From Eledone cirrhosa (lineage: Eukaryota): a stretch of 64,000 nt of DNA. The notes under the pieces are model-generated. The model had not been told where the DNA came from. It ran no database searches and worked only from the letters and a program-made list of their open reading frames with translations. Each line of letters opens with the position of its first letter. The first letter of the stretch is position 1. Shown piece by piece: positions 1-13,263 of the stretch. Where the stretch lies: NCBI GenBank assembly GCA_964016885.1, contig OZ024754.1:41044001-41108000 (forward strand), given 5' to 3'. The translations under genes and the position numbers were made by a program.

Positions 1-29
1 CAGCTTCATTTGTCACCACGTGTTGAAAA
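1..29 (+). CDS. BABAM2: BABAM2/BRE (BRCC45) exon, 5'-truncated by window edge
   Basis: QLHLSPRVE matches BRE LYLSPRIE; GT donor at 30-31, phase 2. Confidence 0.8.
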
Positions 30-629
30 GTAGGGGAAAAACTTACTTTTATTCCATTACATTTTTTACTAAAAAATCATCATCATCATTTAATGTCAGT
101 TTTCTCTGCTAGTAAGGGCTGGATGTCATCATCATCATCGTCATCATTTAACCAGTAAAACACTTTACCTCACATAATTATCTCAAATAGGGCGGTGGGG
201 TGGATTGGCAGTATCGGTGGAGGGTCGGATGCCATGCCTTGCAGCATAGAGTTACGGCTGCCTTTTACAGTCTGAGTTCAAATCCCGCTGAGGTTAACTT
301 TGCCTTTCATCCTTACGGGATGCACTGGGATAATTGCTGGCCTTGTGCCTAAAGTAGAAACAATAATTATCCCACATAATATCGAATCTATGAGATTTTG
401 ATATTATTTATTTTGAGAACAATACTTTAACATCAGTATGAGTGGCTGGTTACTGCTGGTTTGAACAGAAAGAAGTGAGAGAATTCTGGCCGGATATGAC
501 CGGTTTAAATGCTAAAGGGTTAACCCATGGTTAAAAGTTAACTGGATCAATATTGTAACTTGTTGACTTTGACAAAACAAAATCCTTATTTCTCTTTTAA
601 TTAAATTCCTTTTATCTTTCTTTCATCAG

Positions 630-729
630 TGCTTTGGGAGGTTCAGCTAATTTAAGGATTCCTCCATTTCCAAACGGAGGAGTTCTCATTGATTATGTAC
701 CAAAGGTGAACCAGTTGTTAAAAAATAAG
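630..729 (+). CDS. BABAM2: BABAM2 exon
   Basis: [33 protein letters not shown] matches BRE [28 protein letters not shown]/GT bounded, phase consistent. Confidence 0.93.
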
Positions 730-970
730 GTAAATATTAAGAGATTTGTAAACCTCCATTTTATTTGCAAGCATCATCCTTTTTTCATTGATGTATGTAT
801 TAACCCACACTTAAAATACAGGCTAGTATTAGCCCATAGATACACTTGCTAGTAATATTAACCCTCAGACAAATCTACTGCTAGTATTAAACCATAGATA
901 TACCTACTGTTAATATTAACACATAAATATAATGTTGTATTAACCCACAGATAAACCTTACTTTTATATA

Positions 971-1492
971 CAGCATGATTGAAAAGTAACTCCCTATTGA
1001 ATACTGAAAGGTATCTCACCATCTTGCAAGATGACATCTGGCCAGTTATCAGTATTTGGGAGAATATTTAAGATTTGATTTTGCTATTGTTGTTCGTGAA
1101 TGGTTGAATGCCGACTTCCTTGGGAGATGGATGTGTCGTTGTGGTCCGCATGGGTAGCCAGCCAGAAGCCCTGACTTAACACCCTGCGACTTTTTTCTTT
1201 GGCGTTGGTTAAAAGGAGCAAGTCTACTCTACCAAACCAACGACTTTGGAAGAACTTGAAGGGCAAATACAAGAAGTTAGGTCTTCCACCCCACAAGAGT
1301 TCCTGGTGAAATCAGTTGATGTGGTTCCCAGGTGGCTTTGAGAAGCTGGTGGCAAATACTGGTACGCATGTTGAATTTTAAGTAAAACTCCATGCTATAC
1401 ACTTTCTTCTCATATTCAATTCTTGTAAAAATTAAAGTTAGGAAATAAATTATAAGAATTTTAAAATAGGGAGTTACTTTTCAATCACTCTG
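971..1492 (+). mobile_element. Internally deleted Tc1/mariner-superfamily element (maT/rosa-like)
   Basis: About 28-bp TIRs (cagcatgattgaaaagtaactccctatt / aatagggagttacttttcaatcactctg), TA on both sides; degraded transposase C-terminus PARSPDLTPCDFFLW...VYSTKPTTLEELE...GTHVEF*. Confidence 0.85.
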
Positions 1493-1539
1493 TAGATAAG
1501 GGAATGAAAAGAAATGCTCCTGTAATATTTCAATTGATG

Positions 1540-1835
1540 TAGGACTGACCCTTAATTATAGTAATGAAATATTTGATAAGGTCTGACCCTTAAAAATAGT
1601 AATGAGATATTTAAGGTCTGACTCTTAAAAATAGTAATGATATTTAAGGTCTGACCCTTAAAAATAGTAATGAGATATTTGAAAAGGTCTGACCCTTAAA
1701 AATAAGAATTTAAAAAAAAAATGAGATATTTGGTAATAATAATAATAATGGGATACTTAGTAAGGTCCTGGCCATTAAAAATAGTAATGAGATATTTAGT
1801 AAGGTCTGACCTTTAATAATGAAATATTTGGTAAT
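1540..1835. repeat. About 35-40 bp degenerate minisatellite (aaggtctgacccttaaaaatagtaatgagatattt)
   Basis: Visible tandem copies just upstream of the 1843 acceptor. Confidence 0.75.
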
Positions 1836-1842
1836 GTTTCAG

Positions 1843-1913
1843 GTGGAACAAGTTGTACAAAGTTACGAAAAAAGGAAAGAATATATAGCTTCTTTCTTAA
1901 GTCATTTTGCAAG
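1843..1913 (+). CDS. BABAM2: BABAM2 exon
   Basis: VEQVVQSYEKRKEYIASFLSHFA; ttcag acceptor, gtaagt donor. Confidence 0.92.
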
Positions 1914-2427
1914 GTAAGTTGGCTTTTTTGTTGGGGTGGGGATATTATAGACTTTTGTTAAGACATAAAATAGGACTATGTTATACAGTTTTGTGTGTGT
2001 GGGGGATTTTGTGTTTTTATTGGTCAAGTTTTGGTGCCACTATAAAACACACTCAGTACATTCTGTAAAGAGGTAGTGCTGGTGCCACATTAAAATACTC
2101 CCAGTACACTCTGTAAAGTGGTAGTGCTGGTGCCACGTTAAAATACACCTAGTACACTCTGTAAAGTGGTAGTGCTGGTGCTACAATAAAATACACTTAG
2201 TACACTCTGTAAAGTGGTAGTGTAGGTGTCACACTAAAATACACCCAGTACACTCTGTAAAGTGGTAGTGCTGGTGCCACTATAAAATACACCCAGTACA
2301 CTCTGTAAAGTAAAATATTTATACACTAGGAATGATGAGAAAGCAGGGGTCGCTGTAAGCTCTAGTTAAGGACTCACTTCTTTAGGTTATAAAATCAATT
2401 ACTCTCATTTTTCTGTCTAATTAACAG

Positions 2428-2510
2428 GTCTTTAATAGAATATGATGCTGAAGGATTCTCTAGAATTTCATTTCTTTTTGAATGGAATGATTTCTTTTTC
2501 ATCTTTGAAG
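2428..2510 (+). CDS. BABAM2: BABAM2 exon
   Basis: SLIEYDAEGFSRISFLFEWNDFFFIFE; canonical splice sites. Confidence 0.92.
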
Positions 2511-3017
2511 GTAAGTTTTATCATCTTTACCTGGCTTATCATTACACTTGTCCCACCCTTGCAAGCAGGGAAAAGCGGACGTAAAATGATGATGATTATC
2601 TTATATTGGAAGGGAAGATAAAAGGAAAGAAATTTATAGTCCAACCTATCAGTTGGTCATTTTGGTGCCACGATGAAAAGCACCCAGTCCACTCTGTAAA
2701 GTGGTCGTTTTGGTGTCATAACAAAAAGCACCCAGTCCACTCTGTCAAATGGTTGTTTTTCGTGCCACAACAAAAAGCACCCGGTCCCCTCTGTAAAGTG
2801 GTCCTTTTGGTGCCACGACAAAAAGCACCCAGTCCACTCTGTAAAGAGGTTGTTTTGATGCTACGATACATCTATTTTATCATGGCTGACCATACACACT
2901 CACCCAAACACTTTCACACATGCAAGCACACACACACACACACACAAACACTCACACAGACACACATTTCTATTAGTTTGAGCTCTCGATAAAAGATTTT
3001 CTCTTCTGTATCTGTAG

Positions 3018-3168
3018 CTGAACTGTCTTTGTACTTCCCACGTGAGGCCCCTGTATTTACATTCCAATCCATCTACCATGAATCAAAAGGACGTCCATAC
3101 ACAGAAACCAAGAAAGACTACCCGTACAGTCCACGCTGGAGCGCCAATGAAATGGCTGAACGGGCAAA
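3018..3168 (+). CDS. BABAM2: BABAM2 exon
   Basis: ELSLYFPREAPVFTFQSIYH...DYPYSPRWSANEMAERA matches BRE NYPYSPRWDGNEMAKRA. Confidence 0.94.
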
Positions 3169-3254
3169 GTAAGAGAAACGAAGCAATTTACTTTTTAACT
3201 TTGGTAATAAATTTAGACTAGAGAGGGGATAATTTCTCTACTGCTGATGCTGCT

Positions 3255-4730
3255 GCAATAAAATACACCCAGTACACTCTGTAAAGTGGTAGTGCTGATG
3301 GCGCAATAAAATACACCCAGTACTTTGTAAAGTGGTAGTGCTGGTGGTGCAATAAAACCCACCCAGTACACTCTGTAAAGTGGTAGTGCTGGTGGCGCAA
3401 TAAAACCCACCCAGTACACTCTGTAAAGTGGTAGTGCTGGTGGCGCAATAAAACCCACCCAGTACACTCTGTAAAGTGGTAGTGCTGGTGGCGCAATAAA
3501 ACCCACCCAGTACACTCTGTAAAGTGGTAGTGCTGGTGGCGCAATAAAACCCACCCAGTACACTCTGTAAAGTGGTAGTGCTGGTGGCGCAATAAAACCC
3601 ACCCAGTACACTCTGTAAAGTGGTAGTGCTGGTGGCGCAATAAAACCCACCCAGTACACTCTGTAAAGTGGTAGTGCTGGTGGCGCAATAAAACCCACCC
3701 AGTACACTCTGTAAAGTGGTAGTGCTGGTGGCGCAATAAAACCCACCCAGTACACTCTGTAAAGTGGTAGTGCTGGTGGCGCAATAAAATACACCCAGTA
3801 CACTCTGTAAAGTGGTAGTGCTGGTGGCGCAATAAAACCCACCCAGTACACTCTGTAAAGTGGTAGTGCTGGTGGTGCAATAAAACCCACCCAGTACACT
3901 CTGTAAAGTGGTAGTGCTGGTGGCGCAATAAAACCCACCCAGTACACTCTGTAAAGTGGTAGTGCTGGTGGTGCAATAAAACCCACCCAGTACACTCTGT
4001 AAAGTGGTAGTGCTGGTGGTGCAATAAAATACACCCAGTACACTCTGTAAAGTGGTAGTGCTGGTGCTGCAATAAAATACACCCAGTACACTCTGTAAAG
4101 TGGTAGTGCTGGTGGCGCAATAAAACCCACCCAGTACACTCTGTAAAGTGGTAGTGCTGGTGGTGCAATAAAACCCACCCAGTACACTCTGTAAAGTGGT
4201 AGTGCTGGTGCTGCAATAAAATACACCCAGTACACTCTGTAAAGTGGTAGTGCTGGTGCTGCAATAAAATACACCCAGTACACTCTGTAAAGTGGTAGTG
4301 CTGGTGCTGCAATAAAATACACCCAGTACACTCTGTAAAGTGGTAGTGCTGGTGGCGCAATAAAACCCACCCAGTACACTCTGTAAAGTGGTAGTGCTGA
4401 TGCTGCAATAAAATACACCCAGTACACTCTGTAAAGTGGTAGTGCTGGTGCTGCAATAAAATACACCCAGTACACTCTGTAAAGTGGTAGTGCTGGTGGC
4501 GCAATAAAACCCACCCAGTACACTCTGTAAAGTGGTAGTGCTGGTGGTGCAATAAAACCCACCCAGTACACTCTGTAAAGTGGTAGTGCTGGTGGTGCAA
4601 TAAAACCCACCCAGTACACTCTGTAAAGTGGTAGTGCTGGTGGCGCAATAAAACCCACCCAGTACACTCTGTAAAGTGGTAGTGCTGGTGCTGCAATAAA
4701 ATACACCCAGTACACTCTGTAAATTGGTAG
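3255..4730. repeat. 45-bp minisatellite (cacccagtacactctgtaaagtggtagtgctggtggcgcaataaaac), about 33 copies
   Basis: 15-aa periodic ORFs in both frames; related arrays at about 2046-2310, 2670-2850, 35250-35680, 37345-37560, 49660-49860. Confidence 0.95.
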
Positions 4731-4811
4731 TGGTCTATATCATAGAATCCGGGGCAGTTTCGTATAAAAAGGGTTTAATCCCCTATTTCTGTATTTCATT
4801 TAAACCCTTAA

Positions 4812-5036
4812 CCCTTTAACATTTACATTTCACTATATTTACTATTGTATTTTCCTGGTAAAGGCTTTCTCTCGCATTATTATCTTACATAATATCGAAT
4901 CTATGAGATTTTGATGTTATTTATTTATTTTGAGAACAATACTTTAACATCAGTATAAGCTGCCAGTTACAGCCAGTTTGAACAGAAAGAAGTGAGAGAA
5001 TTCTGGCCGGATACGGTCGGTTTAAATGCTAAAGGG
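4812..5036. mobile_element. piggyBac-type MITE
   Basis: TTAA-CCCTTTA(A/G)CATTTA ... TAAATGCTAAAGGG-TTAA ends; same family at 17538-17817 and partial at about 365-523. Confidence 0.8.
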
Positions 5037-5104
5037 TTAAAGTTTCTAAATGAACAACAACTAAACGTGTTTCATTTACAGTTTTCTTTCTCTTCCAATT
5101 GCAG

Positions 5105-5168
5105 GAGTTTCATATTGGAAAGTATTGGGGCATTTCAGAAGTCTTCTTTGAACAGTGGAACATTTTGA
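5105..5168 (+). CDS. BABAM2: BABAM2 last coding exon
   Basis: KSFILESIGAFQKSSLNSGTF* in phase with previous exon; length fits BRE C-terminus; TGA 5166-5168. Confidence 0.85.
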
Positions 5169-5377
5169 GTTTGTCTTTTAGAAGAAAGTTCCAAGCAAAA
5201 ACCATCTGCTTGTCTTACTGGGCAAGTAATTTCAACAATAATATTAGTAATTATAATAAGGATTGTAGCAAATATCTTCTACTAGCAGTGACCCTAGGAC
5301 ATAATAATTTCACTGCTACCACTCCCCCCCCCCCCCCCCATAACACCTTTTATGCCAACAACAGTATTACTGGAACA

Positions 5378-5666
5378 TATGTATATGTGTGATGTATATA
5401 TATATATATATGATGTATATATATATATATGATGTATATATATAATGTATATATATATGATGTATATATATATATATGATGTATATATATATATGATGTA
5501 TATATATATATGATGTATATATATATATGATGTATATATATATATGATGTATATATATATGATGTATATATATATGATGTATATATATATGATGTATATA
5601 TATATGATATATATATATATGTATATATATATATATGATATATATATATGTATATATATATATATG

Positions 5667-5698
<32 letters not shown>

Positions 5699-6211
5699 GA
5701 TATATATATATATATGTATATATATTTATATGATGTATATATATTTATATGATGTGTATATATATGATGTATATATATTTATATAATGTATATATATATA
5801 TATATACCTATATATAGAGACACACACATATATATAGAGACACACATATATATAGAGACACACATATATATAGACACACACATATATATATAGACACACA
5901 CACATATATATAGAGACACACACACATATATATAGAGACACACACATATATATAGACACACACACACATATATATATAGAGACACACACACACACATATA
6001 TATAGAGACACACACACATATATATAGAGAGACACACACACATATATATAGAGAGACACACACACATATATATAGAGAGACACACACACATATATATAGA
6101 GACACACACACACATATATATAGAGAGACACACACACATATATATATAGAGACACACACACACACATATATATAGAGACACACACACATATATATAGAGA
6201 GACACACACAC

Positions 6212-6296
<85 letters not shown>

Positions 6297-6308
6297 TATA
6301 CATAATAT
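5378..6308. repeat. Compound (TA)n/(CA)n/(GA)n microsatellite
   Basis: Direct inspection. Confidence 0.95.
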
Positions 6309-6834
6309 ATGGGAAGGTGCTGAACTATTAATCCATGGAATCATAGTTTCAAGTCCTGCTTTAATCTCTATCCAAGCCCCCTAACCCTATGATGAGGCAT
6401 CTCACTCCACCACTCCAGTTGGTAGTCAGGACAAGGAACAAATGGACACACTTTTCTGCTATTTCTGTTAATTTGCAAAACACTTGTTTTTGGTTAATAT
6501 CAAAATATTCATTTTAATCAATATTTTGATATGTTTTTCCAAGAAAAAAAAAACCCACTAAAAAAAAGGCAACAAAACAACGAGAAAGAAACAATATTAA
6601 GACAGCACCGCTCCAGGATTATGTTAATGGTGCTGTTTATACTTTGGTTTTGGTGAAGAAACGAAGATGGAACTGTACAAAATATATTTGAAATCATCCA
6701 AGTTGAGTATTTTGCTATCAATCTCAATAGAAATGAGGAATCTTATTCTTTTTTTCATATTGGAAATAAGGAATATTTAGTTATTTATTACATTTAGAGA
6801 CATATTGCTAGCAGAGTTTATAAGTTCCATCTTC

Positions 6835-9760
6835 ATTATAGGTACTGTATAGTACTGTCACACTATAGGTACTGTGTACTGTATAGTGCTGTTACATTAT
6901 AGGTACTGTAGTGCTGTCTGCTGTCACACTACAGGTACTGTATGGTGCTGTCACACTATAGGTACTGTATAGTGCTGTCACATTATAGGTACTGTATAGT
7001 GCTGTCACACTATAGGTACTGTATAGTGCTGTCACACTATAGGTACTGTATAGTGCTGTTACATTATAGGTACTGTAGTGCTGTCTGCTATCACACTATA
7101 GGTACTGTATAGTGCTATCACACTATAGGTACTGTGTAGTGCTGTCACACTATAGGTACTGTATAGTGCTGTCACACTATAGGTACTGTATAGTGCTGTC
7201 ACACTATAGGTACTGTAGTGCTGTCACACTATAGGTACTGTATAGTGCTGTCACACTATAGGTACTGTATAGTGCTGTCACACTATAGGTACTGTATAGT
7301 GCTGTCACACTATAGGTACTGTATAGTGCTGTCACACTATAGGTACTGTATAGTGCTGTCACACTATAGGTACTGTATAGTGCTGTTACATTATAGGTAC
7401 GGTATAGTGCTGTCACACTATAGGTACTGTATAGTGCTGTCACACTATAGGTACTGTATAGTGCTGTCACACTATAGGTACTGTATAGTGCTGTTACATT
7501 ATAGGTACGGTATAGTGCTGTTACACTATAGGTACTGTATAGTGCTGTCACACTATAGGTACTGTATGGTGCTGTCACACTATAGGTACTGTATAGTGCT
7601 GTCACACTATAGGTACTGTATAGTGCTGTCACACTATAGGTACGGTATAGTGCTGTCACACTATAGGTACTGTATAGTGCTGTCACACTATAGGTACTGT
7701 ATAGTGCTGTCACACTATAGGTACTGTATAGTGCTGTCACACTATAGGTACTGTATAGTGCTGTTACATTATAGGTACGGTATAGTGCTGTTACATTATA
7801 GGTACTGTATAGTGCTGTCACACTATAGGTACTGTATGGTGCTATCACACTATAGGTACTGTATAGTGCTGTCACACTATAGGTACTGTATGGTGCTGTC
7901 ACACTATAGGTACTGTATAGTGCTGTTACATTATAGGTACTGTATAGTGCTGTCACACTATAGGTACTGTAGTGCTGTCACACTATAGGTACTGTATAGT
8001 GCTGTTACATTATAGGTACTGTATAGTGCTGTCACACTATAGGTACTGTATAGTGCTGTTACATTATAGGTACTGTATAGTGCTGTCACACTATAGGTAC
8101 TGTATGGTGCTATCACACTATAGGTACTGTATAGTGCTATCACACTATAGGTACTGTATAGTGCTGTCACACTATAGGTACTGTATAGTGCTGTTACATT
8201 ATAGGTACTGTAGTGCTGTCTGCTATCACACTATAGGTACTGTATAGTGCTGTCACACTATAGGTACTGTATAGTGCTGTCACACTATAGGTACTGTATA
8301 GTACTGTCACACTAAAGGTACTGTATAGTGCTGTCACACTATAGGTACTGTAGTGCTGTCACACTATAGGTACTGTATAGTGCTGTCACACTATAGGTAC
8401 TGTATAGTGCTGTCACACTATAGGTACTGTATAGTGCTGTCACACTATAGGTACTGTATAGTGCTGTCACACTATAGGTACTGTATAGTACTGTCACACT
8501 ATAGGTACTGTATAGTACTGTCACACTATAGGTACTGTATAGTGCTGTTACATTATAGGTACTGTAGTGCTGTCTGCTATCACACTATAGGTACTGTATA
8601 GTGCTGTCACACTATAGGTACTGTATAGTGCTGTCACACTATAGGTACTGTATAGTACTGTCACACTATAGGTACTGTATAGTGCTGTCACACTATAGGT
8701 ACTGTATAGTACTGTCACACTATAGGTACTGTATAGTGCTGTTACATTATAGGTACTGTAGTGCTGTCTGCTATCACACTATAGGTACTGTATAGTGCTG
8801 TCACACTATAGGTACTGTAGTGCTGTCACACTATAGGTACTGTATAGTGCTGTTACATTATAGGTACTGTATAGTGCTGTTACATTATAGGTACTGTATA
8901 GTGCTGTCACATTATAGGTACTGTATAGTGCTGTCACACTATAGGTACTGTATAGTGCTGTCACACTATAGGTACTGTATGGTGCTGTCACACTATAGGT
9001 ACTGTATAGTGCTGTCACACTATAGGTACTGTATAGTGCTGTCACATTATAGGTACTGTATAGTGCTGTCACACTATAGGTACTGTATAGTACTGTCACA
9101 CTATAGGTACTGTATAGTGCTGTCACACTATAGGTACTGTATAGTGCTGTCACACTATAGGTACTGTATAGTGCTGTTACATTATAGGTACTGTATAGTG
9201 CTGTCACACTATAGGTACTGTAGTGCTGTCACACTATAGGTACTGTATAGTGCTGTCACACTATAGGTACTGTATAGTGCTGTCACACTATAGGTACTGT
9301 AGTGCTGTCACACTATAGGTACTGTATAGTGCTGTCACACTATAGGTACTGTATGGTGCTGTCACACTATAGGTACTGTATAGTGCTGTCACACTATAGG
9401 TACTGTATAGTGCTGTCACATTATAGGTACTGTATAGTGCTGTCGCATTATAGGTACTGTATAGTGCTGTCACACTATAGGTACTGTATAGTACTGTCAC
9501 ACTATAGGTACTGTAGTGCTGTCACACTATAGGTACTATATGGTGCTGTCACATTATAGGTACTGTATAGTGCTGTCACATTATAGGTACTGTATAGTGC
9601 TGTCACACTATAGGTACTGTATAGTGCTGTCACACTATAGGTACTGTATAGTGCTGTCACACTATAGGTACTGTATGGTACTGTCACACTATAGGTACTG
9701 TATAGTGCTGTCACACTATAGGTACTGTATAGTGCTGTCACACTATAGGTACTGTATGGT
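6835..9760. repeat. 27-bp satellite (tataggtactgtatagtgctgtcacac), about 105-110 copies
   Basis: 9-aa periodic ORFs; unit contains cactata-N7-tatagtg inverted repeat. Confidence 0.95.
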
Positions 9761-10239
9761 ACCATACTATTGGCACCATACAGTACCCTAACACTATAGG
9801 TGCTATATGGTAGCATCACACTATAGGCGCTATATGGTAGCATCATACCATAGGCACTGTATGGTACCCCCACACTATATGATGCCCTTATACTACAGGC
9901 ACCTTGTGTTGCCCTCACACTTTAACTTGCTTAAATCTGCCTAAATTATAAAAGCAATGCTGCTATTTATACAACTTTGTGCTTGAATGGCTGCAGTTAA
10001 GGCCATCCAGTCTTAAAACACATGCTGCAAGAACTTATGCAAATGATATGAATTTGCAAACATATCCCACCCACATGAAATCTATAAAAAAAAAAAAAGA
10101 AATTTTAAATGCATTTTCTCTTTTTATTTTGTTTTTATGTTTTTACTGTATAAGAAAATAATGAATTAGATGAAACACAGTTGAGGTTTGTGTCCAGTTA
10201 GTATATTAATACAACCAATACTGTCTTCCTAGTGAGACA

Positions 10240-10845
10240 TCAGATGTTCTTAGCTAAGGGCAAGCCACTATACTCAGCATTCATTGATCTGGTGAAGGTG
10301 TTTGACAGGGTTCCATGATATCTAGTCTGGTAGTCACTGAGAAAACTAGGTGTAGATGAATGCTTTGAAAAGGCCGTGGAAGCTATGTAGAGAGATATGA
10401 TCAGCAAGGTAAGAATTAGAATGAGTTCATTGAGGAATTTCACATTTCACATGCAGGTGGGTGCAATCAAGACACAATTCTCAGCCCCCTTCTTACTGTT
10501 TATTATAGTTTTCCAGACCATAACAGGTAAGTTAAATAGATATAAAACGGTGCTCATGCTGTGTGTTTTCTAGTTTTTAGAATAGGTGCACCATATCCCT
10601 GTGTCTTGTAAGAGGCAACTAAAAGGGTTGGCACCAGGAAAGGTATCTGGTTGTGAAACATTGTCTCAAAACACACCATCAAACTCATACTGACATGGAA
10701 AAGTAGACTTAAAAATAACGATGATGATGATGATGATAGATGTGACCTAGTTCTGATAACTGAACCTTTTGAAGATTTAGAAAAGAAATCTGAAACATGG
10801 AAGCAAATCATAAAATTGAGAGGCCTCAAAGTAAAACGTAGCAAA
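10240..10845 (+). mobile_element. Degraded RTE-clade LINE reverse transcriptase fragments
   Basis: Reads FLAKGKPLYSAFIDLVKVFDRVP...SLRKLGVDE and later DLVLITEPFEDLEKKSETWKQ...GLKVKRSK with stops; interrupted by SINE tail. Confidence 0.75.
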
Positions 10846-11107
10846 GACTGGGGTTTGCAATCCTTGTGCCTATATAAGAAACCATAATGTGGTTGATTGA
10901 CAGAATCGGTAGAGCATTGGACAACATGATTTGTGGCATATAGTTACATCCCTTTCTTTACGTTCTGAGTTCAAATCCCACTGAACTTTAGTCTCCTGGG
11001 GGTCAATAAAATAATGTACCAGTAATGCACTGAGGTTGATCTAATCAACTTCCCCTCCTTCCCCAAAAAACTGTTGGCCTTGTGCCGAAATCAGAAACCA
11101 TTCCCAC

Positions 11108-11990
11108 AACCATCATCATCATCACCATCATCATCACCATCACCATCACCACCACCATCACCACCATCATCACCACCATCACCACCATCATCACCACCAT
11201 CACCACCACCATCATCACCACCATCACCACCATCATCACCACCATCACCACCATCATCATCATCACCATCACCATCACCACCACCATCACCACCACCATC
11301 ACCACCACCATCATCACCACCATCACCACCATCATCACCACCACCATCATCATCACCACCACCATCATCATCATCACCACCATCATCATCACCATCATCA
11401 TCATCACCATCATCATCATCACCACCACCACCATCATCATCATCATCACCACCATCATCATCACCACCATCACCATCACCACCACCACCATCATCATCAC
11501 CACCATCTCCATCATCATCACCATCATCACCACCACCATCATCATCACCACCATCATCATCATCATCATCACCACCACCATCATCATCATCACCACCACC
11601 ACCATCATCACCACCACCATCACCATCATCATCATCACCACCACCATCATCATCACCATCATCATCATCACCACCACCATCACCACCATCATCATCACCA
11701 CCATCATCACCACCATCATCATCATCACCACCATCATCACCACCATCACCACCATCATCATCACCACCACCATCATCACCATCATCACCACCACCACCAT
11801 CACCACCACCACCACCATCATCACCATCATCACCACCACCACCACCACCACCATCACCACCACCACCACCATCACCACCATCACAACCACCATCATCATC
11901 ACCACCACCATCACCACCATCATCATCACCACCACCACCATCACCACCACCACCACCATCACCACCACCACCATCACCATCACCATCATT
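11108..11990. repeat. (CAT/CAC)n trinucleotide tract
   Basis: Direct inspection. Confidence 0.95.
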
Positions 11991-12057
11991 GTGAACTAGC
12001 TATAGTAAAATATTCACACAAAGAAAGACTTTCTGATAGAACTTCAATATTTCTTCA

Positions 12058-12243
12058 TTAGCCAGAAGGAAATAAGTTACATGAAGTTTGTTTGGACAAA
12101 AATTTGGCGCCTCTTTCAGTTGAGAATGACTTCCTCAATGCTGGTTTGTTCACCTCCTTTTCTAGCCAAGGGAGACGAGAGAAATAGGATTTGGCTAAAA
12201 GATGTTTCTGATGAATTTTGTTGAGAAATACTTCACCATAGGC
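12058..12243 (-). CDS. IQUB: IQUB last coding exon
   Basis: AYGEVFLNKIHQKHLLAKSYFSRLP... resembles IQUB C-terminus (HKIKHKHILAKNYFSQ); TAA at 12060-12058. Confidence 0.88.
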   Translation of the reverse strand, partial: AYGEVFLNKIHQKHLLAKSYFSRLPWLEKEVNKPALRKSFSTERGAKFLSKQTSCNLFPSG

Positions 12244-12405
12244 CTGCCAAAATAATAGAAGTAACAAAAATGTACATATTTCATGTATAGGGAAGAAATA
12301 AGTTTTCTCTTTATATACACATATGTATCATCATCATCATCATCATCATCAACGTTTAACATCTATCTTCCATGCTATATATAGATATTTATTTAATATA
12401 GAAAT

Positions 12406-12454
12406 GCTTCTACAGGACTAGAACTGTTTCATTCATGAGAAATCATCAGGAAGC
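12406..12454 (-). ncRNA. Type I hammerhead ribozyme motif (family B)
   Basis: Minus strand gcttc-CTGATGA-tttctcatgaat-GAAACAG-ttctagtc-CTGTA-gaagc: stem I 5 bp, stem III 4 bp, GUA site; U-U at base of stem II. Confidence 0.7.
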
Positions 12455-12672
12455 TGACTCTCCAAGTAATATATATATATACTCTGCTTTGTACTTACTT
12501 ACTTACTGTCGTTACTGTGGTTACCCCTGATTGAACCCGGAATAAACTTATATAGATACTTATATATATATTTATATCTCAAACACTATATATTCATATA
12601 TATTTTAATTGGAATTATATATATATATATATATCATGATCATTTAATGTCCATCTTCCACGCCAGCATGGG

Positions 12673-12717
<45 letters not shown>

Positions 12718-13062
12718 GGAGGCACATGGCTTAGTGGTTAGAGCATTGAGCTTGCAATCGAAAGGTTGTGAGTTCAATTCTCAGACCGAGTGATGTGTTG
12801 TTTCCTTGAGCAAGACACTTTATTTCACATTGCTCCAGTTTACTCAGCTGTAGAAATGAGATGATAAGGACTGGGGTCCCTATCATTCCACTGCAAAGTG
12901 GTCGTGGAGGTGCCACGGCAAAAAAGCACCCAGCACTCACTGTAAATGAGGTTGGTGTTAGGAAGGGCATCCAGCTGTAGAAATGAAGCCAGAATCAGTT
13001 CCCGTCCCACCCTTGCAAGCAGGGAAAAGTGGACGTAAAATGAAATGATGATGATGATGATA
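12718..13062 (+). mobile_element. tRNA-derived SINE (family 2) with RTE-like tail
   Basis: tRNA-like head with A box tggcttagtgg and B box gagttcaattc, ccttgagcaagacactt core, gatgatgat tail; other copies about 14325, 22577, 26543, 33296, 37137, 43745. Confidence 0.8.
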
Positions 13063-13185
13063 TATCATGGTTTACGAAACTGGCCGGAAACAATTTAGAC
13101 AGCTCCGGCTGACCCTTACTCAATGAGATAAATATATATATATATATACATATACACACACACACACACATATATATATATACAT

Positions 13186-13238
<53 letters not shown>

Positions 13239-13263
13239 AGAGAGAAGATATGTCAATATTTAC

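Noticed and set aside
3213-4715. 500-aa and 492-aa ORFs; CRISPR-like appearance
   Set aside because: Pure 45-bp tandem repeat with no unique spacers or cas genes; intronic in BABAM2.
7204-9918. Repetitive ORFs (YSTYSVTAL / YRYCIVLSH)
   Set aside because: Translation of a 27-bp satellite, with frequent 2-bp indels breaking frames.
11045-11999. Extensin/mucin-like Pro-Ser and Thr-Ile ORFs
   Set aside because: Trinucleotide microsatellite starting in a SINE tail; open in several frames.
12718-12790. tRNA gene
   Set aside because: Acceptor stem does not pair and the sequence continues into a SINE body; SINE head.
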